DNA from: Pseudomonas aeruginosa
GTDB taxonomy: Bacteria; Pseudomonadota; Gammaproteobacteria; Pseudomonadales; Pseudomonadaceae
Assembly: GCF_001457615.1 (NCBI RefSeq)
Contig: NZ_LN831024.1
Coordinates: 6,030,001-6,062,000 of the forward strand
DNA length: 32,000 nt
Reading direction: 5' to 3'
Part shown: one piece after another, positions 27,011 to 32,000 of the stretch
Layout of the letters: each line of letters begins with the position of its first letter
How positions within the stretch are numbered: position 1 is the stretch's first letter
Notes under the pieces: generated by a model
The model's input: only the letters and a program-made list of their open reading frames with translations
Told to the model about the DNA's origin: nothing
Databases searched by the model: none
Position numbers and translations under genes: made by a program

Positions 27011-29116
27011 TTGCCGGGCATAGACGCCTTCGCCGACAGACTGTCGAGCTACCTCGGGCCGGACCAGGTCAACCTGGTCCGCCGCGCCTACTACTACGCC
27101 GAGCAGGCCCACGACGGGCAACGCCGCCGCAGCGGCGAACCGTACGTGACCCACCCGCTGGCGGTCTCCAACATCCTCGCCGACATGCACATGGATCATC
27201 AGAGCCTGATGGCCGCGATGCTGCACGACGTGATCGAGGACACCGGCATCGCCAAGGAAGCGCTCACCGCGCAGTTCGGCGAGACGGTTTCGGAACTGGT
27301 CGACGGGGTCAGCAAGCTGACCCAGATGAACTTCGAGACCAAGGCCGAGGCCCAGGCCGAGAACTTCCAGAAGATGGCCATGGCCATGGCCCGCGATATC
27401 CGCGTGATCCTGGTCAAGCTGGCCGACCGCCTGCACAACATGCGCACCCTCGAGGTGCTGTCCGGCGAAAAGCGCCGGCGCATTGCCAAGGAAACCCTGG
27501 AAATCTACGCGCCCATCGCCAACCGCCTGGGCATGCACACCATGCGCGTGGAGTTCGAGGACCTCGGTTTCAAGGCCATGCACCCGATGCGCGCCGAGCG
27601 CATCCGCCAGGCGGTGAAGAAGGCCCGCGGCAACCGCCGCGAGATCGTCGGCAAGATCCAGGAGTCGCTGGTCAACTGCCTCGCCCGCGAAGGCATGGAA
27701 GGCCAGGTGATCGGCCGCGAGAAGCACCTCTACAGCATCTACCAGAAGATGCGCGGCAAGCGTAAGGCGTTCAACGAGATCATGGACGTCTACGCCTTCC
27801 GCATCATCGTCGACAAGGTCGATACCTGCTATCGCGTGCTGGGCGCCGTGCACAGCCTGTACAAGCCGTTCCCCGGACGCTTCAAGGACTACATCGCGAT
27901 TCCCAAGGCCAACGGCTACCAGTCGCTGCATACCACCCTGTTCGGCATGCACGGGGTGCCCATCGAGATCCAGATCCGTACCCGCGAGATGGAAGAGATG
28001 GCCAACCACGGGATCGCCGCTCACTGGCTGTACAAGTCCAACGACGAGACGCCCAAGGGCACCCATGCCCGCGCCCGGCAATGGGTGAAGGGCGTGCTGG
28101 AACTGCAGCAGCGCGCCGGCAACTCGCTGGAATTCATCGAGAACGTGAAGATCGACCTGTTCCCGGACGAGGTCTACGTGTTCACGCCCAAGGGCCGCAT
28201 CATGGAACTGCCCAAGGGTTCCACCGCGGTCGACTTCGCCTACGCGGTGCACACCGACGTCGGCAACAGTTGCATCGCCTGCCGCATCAACCGTCGCCTG
28301 GCGCCGCTCTCCGAGCCGTTGCAGAGCGGCCAGACGGTGGAAATCGTCACCGCCCCGGGCGCCCGGCCGAACCCGGCCTGGCTGAGCTTCGTGGTCACCG
28401 GCAAGGCGCGCACCCATATCCGCCATGCGCTCAAGCTGCAACGCCGCTCCGAGTCGATCAACCTCGGCGAGCGCCTGCTGAACAAGACCCTTACCGGCTT
28501 CGACAGCCACCTCGAGAAGATTCCCCAGGAACGCATCCAGGCCGTGCTCGCCGAGTACCGCATGGAAGTCTTCGAGGACCTGCTGGAAGAGATCGGCCTG
28601 GGCAACCGCATGGCCTACGTGGTCGCCCGCCGCCTGCTGTCCAGCGAGGGCGAGGAAGCGCCAAGCGCCGAGGGTCCGCTGGCGATCCGCGGCACCGAAG
28701 GCCTGGTCCTGAGCTACGCCAAGTGCTGCACGCCGATTCCCGGCGACCCGATCGTTGGCCACCTGTCCGCCGGCAAGGGCATGGTGGTGCACCTGGAAAG
28801 CTGCAAGAACATCAGCGAAGTACGCCACAACCCGGAAAAATGCATCCAGCTCAGCTGGGCCAAGGATGTCACCGGCGAATTCAATGTCGAACTGCGCGTC
28901 GAGCTGGAGCACCAGCGTGGCCTGATCGCCCTGCTCGCCACCAGCGTCAACGCGGCCGACGGCAACATCGAGAAGATCAGCATGGACGAGCGCGACGGTC
29001 GCATCAGCGTGGTCCAACTGGTCGTCAGCGTGCACGATCGCGTCCACCTGGCCCGCGTCATCAAGAAGCTGCGCGCCCTCAAGGGAGTGATCCGGATCAC
29101 CCGCCTGCGTAGCTGA
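27011..29116 (+). CDS. spoT: Bifunctional (p)ppGpp synthetase/hydrolase
   Basis: 701-aa ORF with a TTG start at 27011, 7 nt after GGGGGTG. It has an HD hydrolase domain ([19 protein letters not shown]...LHDVIEDT), a RelA/SpoT synthetase domain, and TGS and ACT regions. Confidence 0.95.
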   Translation: MPGIDAFADRLSSYLGPDQVNLVRRAYYYAEQAHDGQRRRSGEPYVTHPLAVSNILADMHMDHQSLMAAMLHDVIEDTGIAKEALTAQFGETVSELVDGVSKLTQMNFETKAEAQAENFQKMAMAMARDIRVILVKLADRLHNMRTLEVLSGEKRRRIAKETLEIYAPIANRLGMHTMRVEFEDLGFKAMHPMRAERIRQAVKKARGNRREIVGKIQESLVNCLAREGMEGQVIGREKHLYSIYQKMRGKRKAFNEIMDVYAFRIIVDKVDTCYRVLGAVHSLYKPFPGRFKDYIAIPKANGYQSLHTTLFGMHGVPIEIQIRTREMEEMANHGIAAHWLYKSNDETPKGTHARARQWVKGVLELQQRAGNSLEFIENVKIDLFPDEVYVFTPKGRIMELPKGSTAVDFAYAVHTDVGNSCIACRINRRLAPLSEPLQSGQTVEIVTAPGARPNPAWLSFVVTGKARTHIRHALKLQRRSESINLGERLLNKTLTGFDSHLEKIPQERIQAVLAEYRMEVFEDLLEEIGLGNRMAYVVARRLLSSEGEEAPSAEGPLAIRGTEGLVLSYAKCCTPIPGDPIVGHLSAGKGMVVHLESCKNISEVRHNPEKCIQLSWAKDVTGEFNVELRVELEHQRGLIALLATSVNAADGNIEKISMDERDGRISVVQLVVSVHDRVHLARVIKKLRALKGVIRITRLRS

Positions 29117-29177
29117 CCCGCTTTTTCCTGTGTCATCCGGCGCCCCCGCGCCCACTCGATTTCAGCAAGGAGTTCCC

Positions 29178-29558
29178 ATGACCAAGACCGTTATCCACAC
29201 CGACAACGCCCCGGCCGCCATCGGCACCTACTCCCAGGCCATCAAGGCCGGCAATACCGTCTACGTGTCCGGGCAGATCCCGCTGGACCCGAAGACCATG
29301 GAACTGGTGGAAGGCTTCGAGGAGCAGACCGTCCAGGTGTTCGAGAACCTCAAGGCGGTGATCGAGGCTTCCGGCGGCTACCTGCACGACGTCGCCAAGC
29401 TGAACATCTTCCTCACCGACCTGTCGCACTTCGCCAAGGTCAACGAGATCATGGGCCGCTACTTCACCCAGCCCTACCCGGCGCGCGCCGCTATCGGCGT
29501 AGCCGCCCTGCCGAAGGGCGCACAGGTGGAAATGGACGCCATCGTCGTCCTCGAGTAA
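29178..29558 (+). CDS. ridA: RidA/YjgF-family enamine/imine deaminase
   Basis: The ORF opens at 29130, but ATG 29178 has an AAGGAG RBS and gives 126 aa: [38 protein letters not shown]...[21 protein letters not shown]. Confidence 0.9.
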   Translation: MTKTVIHTDNAPAAIGTYSQAIKAGNTVYVSGQIPLDPKTMELVEGFEEQTVQVFENLKAVIEASGGYLHDVAKLNIFLTDLSHFAKVNEIMGRYFTQPYPARAAIGVAALPKGAQVEMDAIVVLE

Positions 29559-29569
29559 GCCGGATGTTC

Positions 29570-29594
29570 GCGACGGGGCCCAAGGCCCCGTCGC
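29570..29594 (+). terminator. Hairpin after ridA
   Basis: GCGACGGGGCC (29570-80), loop CAA, GGCCCCGTCGC (29584-94), giving an 11-bp perfect stem. The U-tract is poor. Confidence 0.45.
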
Positions 29595-29612
29595 TCTGCA
29601 TGGAGTAGCACG

Positions 29613-30344
29613 ATGCGCCGCGTGATTTTCCTCGCCGCAGCCGCCACCCTGCTGGCCGGCTGCGCCGGCACGGCCGATCCGTCCGGCACCTGGATCAACC
29701 AGGCCGCGATCGACGCCGCGAGCAAGGACGGCAAGCTGCGCGAGGCCCTGCTCGCCTATGGCCCGAACCTGGAATGGAAGCTCGACAGCAAGGCAGGCGA
29801 AGCCACCTTCAGCAACGGCTTCGAACTGGGCGAAGGGACCCTGAGCAAGAGCGATGACGAGCACTGGAAGGTTGCCTTCTATGGCGACGACAACCAGGAG
29901 AGTCTCGAACTGGACGGCAAGGAGCTGATCCAGCAGGCCAGCGCCAACGGCCCGGAACAGCGTTTCCGCCGTCTCGACCCGCAACCCGCGGCCAACAGCC
30001 CTGCCGGCAGCGGTTTCGAGCGGGCCTTGTATGGCAGCTATCTGAAGGGCAGCTGGAAGATCCGCGAAGGCCAGGGCCAGGGCGGCAAGGTCGAGTTCCA
30101 GGCCAATGGCCTGGTCAGCGGTCTGCCCGGCGCCGAACGCTACGCGCTGTGCCTGGCCGGCGATTGCGCAGCGATGAGCGGCGACAACGACAGCATCTGG
30201 CTGCAACAAGGCAACCGCGGCCGCGAATTGCTGTTCAGCCTCGACGACGACGAGCTGCAACTGTTCGAAGCGGTCAATACCGCCGGCGCCAACGAGATGC
30301 CCAGCTACGTGCCCGGCAAGCGCGTCTGGCTGCTGGAGCGCTGA
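29613..30344 (+). CDS. Lipoprotein of unknown function
   Basis: 243-aa ORF. GGAG RBS is upstream. It has a lipobox, MRRVIFLAAAATLLAGC. I recognise no family. Confidence 0.75.
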   Translation: MRRVIFLAAAATLLAGCAGTADPSGTWINQAAIDAASKDGKLREALLAYGPNLEWKLDSKAGEATFSNGFELGEGTLSKSDDEHWKVAFYGDDNQESLELDGKELIQQASANGPEQRFRRLDPQPAANSPAGSGFERALYGSYLKGSWKIREGQGQGGKVEFQANGLVSGLPGAERYALCLAGDCAAMSGDNDSIWLQQGNRGRELLFSLDDDELQLFEAVNTAGANEMPSYVPGKRVWLLER

Positions 30345-30350
30345 CACCTC

Positions 30351-30971
30351 TCAGAGGGCGGCCAGCACCAGCCAGCCGCCCAGCGCCAGCAGCAGGACGC
30401 CGCACAGCCGGTCCAGCGCACCTACCCGCCGTTGCAACCAGCCGCGCCAGCGCGGCCTGTCCAGCAGGCGCACCAGCGCCATGTCCCAGCACAGCACCGC
30501 CAGGCTCATCCACGCCAGGCACAGGGCCAGCGCCCAGCCCGGCAGGCTGAAGCGCGCCAGCACGCCGAACAGCCCCGCATAGAAGATCGGCAGCTTGGGA
30601 TTCAGGCTGCTCGCCAGCAGGCCGTCGCGCAGCCCGCGCAGATAGCCGCCGCGGGACGGGACGTCGCGCTGCGCCGGCATTTCCAGTCGCCTCTGCGCAA
30701 GCAGCGCCTGGCCCGCCAGCCAGAGGAAGTACAGTCCGCCGAGCGCCTGCAGCCAGCGCAAGGCGCTGTGCGCCGAGTCCGGCACGCTGGCCAACAGGCC
30801 GAGCACCAGCAGCATGCTCAGGAGGTTGGCCAGGGCGATGCCGGCGGCCACCCCGTCGGCCTGGCGCCGGCCGCGCAGCAGGGCGGCGCGCACCAACAGG
30901 AAGAAGTCCGGCCCCGGCGACAGCAGGGCGGCGAAATGGGTACTGGCGACAAGGACGAACGCGGCGAACAT
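30351..30971 (-). CDS. LysE/RhtB-family amino-acid exporter
   Basis: 206-aa ORF. The N-terminus LSPGPDFFLLVRAAL is typical of LysE-type translocators, and there are six hydrophobic segments. Its stop is 6 nt from the convergent lipoprotein stop. Confidence 0.85.
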   Translation of the reverse strand: MFAAFVLVASTHFAALLSPGPDFFLLVRAALLRGRRQADGVAAGIALANLLSMLLVLGLLASVPDSAHSALRWLQALGGLYFLWLAGQALLAQRRLEMPAQRDVPSRGGYLRGLRDGLLASSLNPKLPIFYAGLFGVLARFSLPGWALALCLAWMSLAVLCWDMALVRLLDRPRWRGWLQRRVGALDRLCGVLLLALGGWLVLAAL

Positions 30972-31037
30972 GAAGGCCCCTCGAAACGCGAAGGCCTCCA
31001 GTCTGTGCAGCGCGGCGGGCGCCGTATTGGAAAAAAC

Positions 31038-31838
31038 TCAGGTCTTGGCGCTGCGCCGGAACTGCCCCGGAGTGACCCCGGTGAAACGCCGGAAGGTCGT
31101 GGAGAAGTGCGCCTGGTCGTAGAAGCCGAGGTGCTGGGCGAGTTCCGCCAGCGGCCGTTCTTCCAGCAACAGGCGCTTGGCCTGGCGCACCCGGCATTGC
31201 AGTTGGTAGGTATGCGGCGGCACGCCGTAGGCACGCCGGAAAGCCTCGATCAGGTGGCGCGGGTGGCGCTGCAGCAACTGCGCCAGTTGGTCCAGACCGA
31301 GCGCCTCGGTAGCATGCGCTTCCAGGTAATCGCGCAGGCGTGCGGTGGTTCCGCCGTCGCGGGGCGCCGCGGCCGCCGGGCGCAAGCCGCCGTGACGCAC
31401 GAAGACCTGTTCGAGCAAGGCCAGCAGGCGGCTTTCCAACCCCAATGCGTCGCTGCGCTGGAAATCCTCGGCCAGCCACGCCAGGCCAGCCGCCACGCTG
31501 CCGTCGTCGGCCGGGTTCAGTTCGCCGAAGCCGCGCGGCAACTGTTTGCGGCCGAGCAGGCCGAGCAGGCGCGTTTCCTCGACATAGAGCATCCGGTAGA
31601 CCAGCCGCTCGGATTCGGCGTGCCCGGTATGTGGCTCTTCCGGGTTCATCAGCGACAGGGTGCCGGCCGGCAGCGCATGGCGCCGCCCGCGGCACTGGTA
31701 GCCGCCGACGCCGTGGAGGATCGAGCCGATGGCGAAGGCCGAATGGCTGTGGCGGCCGAACGCCTGGCCGGAGAAGTCCGCATGGAACAGCTCCACGCCA
31801 GGCAGCCAGGGACGCGCCAACAACCGGTTGGCAGCCAT
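31038..31838 (-). CDS. AraC-family transcriptional regulator with N-terminal cupin sensor domain
   Basis: The ORF opens at 31970, but ATG 31838 (MAANRLLARPWLPGVELFHADFSGQAFGRHSH...) gives 266 aa. The C-terminus has an HTH (LAQLLQRHPRHLIEAFRRAYGVPPHTYQLQCRV...). The start overlaps the upstream gene stop (TGATG). Confidence 0.85.
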   Translation of the reverse strand: MAANRLLARPWLPGVELFHADFSGQAFGRHSHSAFAIGSILHGVGGYQCRGRRHALPAGTLSLMNPEEPHTGHAESERLVYRMLYVEETRLLGLLGRKQLPRGFGELNPADDGSVAAGLAWLAEDFQRSDALGLESRLLALLEQVFVRHGGLRPAAAAPRDGGTTARLRDYLEAHATEALGLDQLAQLLQRHPRHLIEAFRRAYGVPPHTYQLQCRVRQAKRLLLEERPLAELAQHLGFYDQAHFSTTFRRFTGVTPGQFRRSAKT

Positions 31839-32000
31839 CAGGCGTCCCCGAGTACCGCCGCGTAGCCCTCGCGGTAGCTGGGATAGCGCGGCACCCAGCC
31901 GAGCGCCCGGGCGCGGCGATTGCTGCAACGCTTGCTGCCGGCGCGGCGTACCGAATGTTCGTCGGCCCATTGGCTGACGCCCAGGCGCTGGCGCAGGTAG
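31838..32000 (-). CDS. 3' end of an upstream gene (partial; NAD-dependent epimerase/SDR-like C-terminus)
   Basis: My translation of the minus strand is ...YLRQRLGVSQWADEHSVRRAGSKRCSNRRARALGWVPRYPSYREGYAAVLGDA*. The stop TGA at 31840-31838 overlaps the AraC ATG. The 5' end lies outside the window, so it is absent from the ORF track. The family call is tentative. Confidence 0.45.
   Translation of the reverse strand, partial: YLRQRLGVSQWADEHSVRRAGSKRCSNRRARALGWVPRYPSYREGYAAVLGDA

Noticed and set aside
26990-29155. 721-aa minus-strand ORF opposite spoT
   Set aside because: It is an antisense shadow of spoT, and its near-identical span to the real gene is typical of GC-rich shadows.
30274-31865. 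473-aa minus ORF and 477-aa plus ORF overlapping the LysE and AraC genes
   Set aside because: They are off-frame or antisense artefacts. The real frames show LysE-type TM segments and an AraC HTH.

Overview
High-GC chromosomal DNA. Gene content and order match what I remember of the Pseudomonas aeruginosa core chromosome, roughly PAO1 PA5310-PA5343; this is from memory and was not searched. It is densely packed with housekeeping and catabolic genes. In order: a phospholipase-D lipoprotein, an MFS transporter, kauB aldehyde dehydrogenase, a class-III aminotransferase, a cupin, rpmG-rpmB, an orphan family-5 substrate-binding protein, radC, coaBC-dut-algC-argB, the sphingosine-responsive locus sphR / sphA / sphBCD, a thioesterase, a DUF4124 protein, pyrE, crc, a DUF4870 protein, rph, yicC-gmk-rpoZ-spoT-ridA, a lipoprotein, a LysE exporter, an AraC regulator, and the 3' end of an SDR-like gene. 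I see no tRNA or rRNA genes, CRISPR arrays, IS or transposase genes, integrases or phage genes, and no obvious defence island, so this looks like ordinary core genome. Most long extra ORFs in the six-frame track are antisense or off-frame shadows typical of high-GC DNA. Four observations merit a second look. (1) A ~1.2 kb coding-like region lies between dut and the canonical algC start. It encodes a TM / periplasmic-domain / TM module that runs in frame into algC, is broken by a single frame change near 12.25 kb, and contains the AlgR-binding cores of the algC promoter. (2) sphBCD reads as an all-periplasmic module: lipoprotein cytochrome c, Tat-exported flavin oxidase and Tat-exported PLP enzyme. 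(3) An A-rich Hfq/Crc-type motif sits on the sphA ribosome-binding site, with crc in the same window. (4) Several intergenic palindromes and leaders are noted. None of this is proven from sequence alone.
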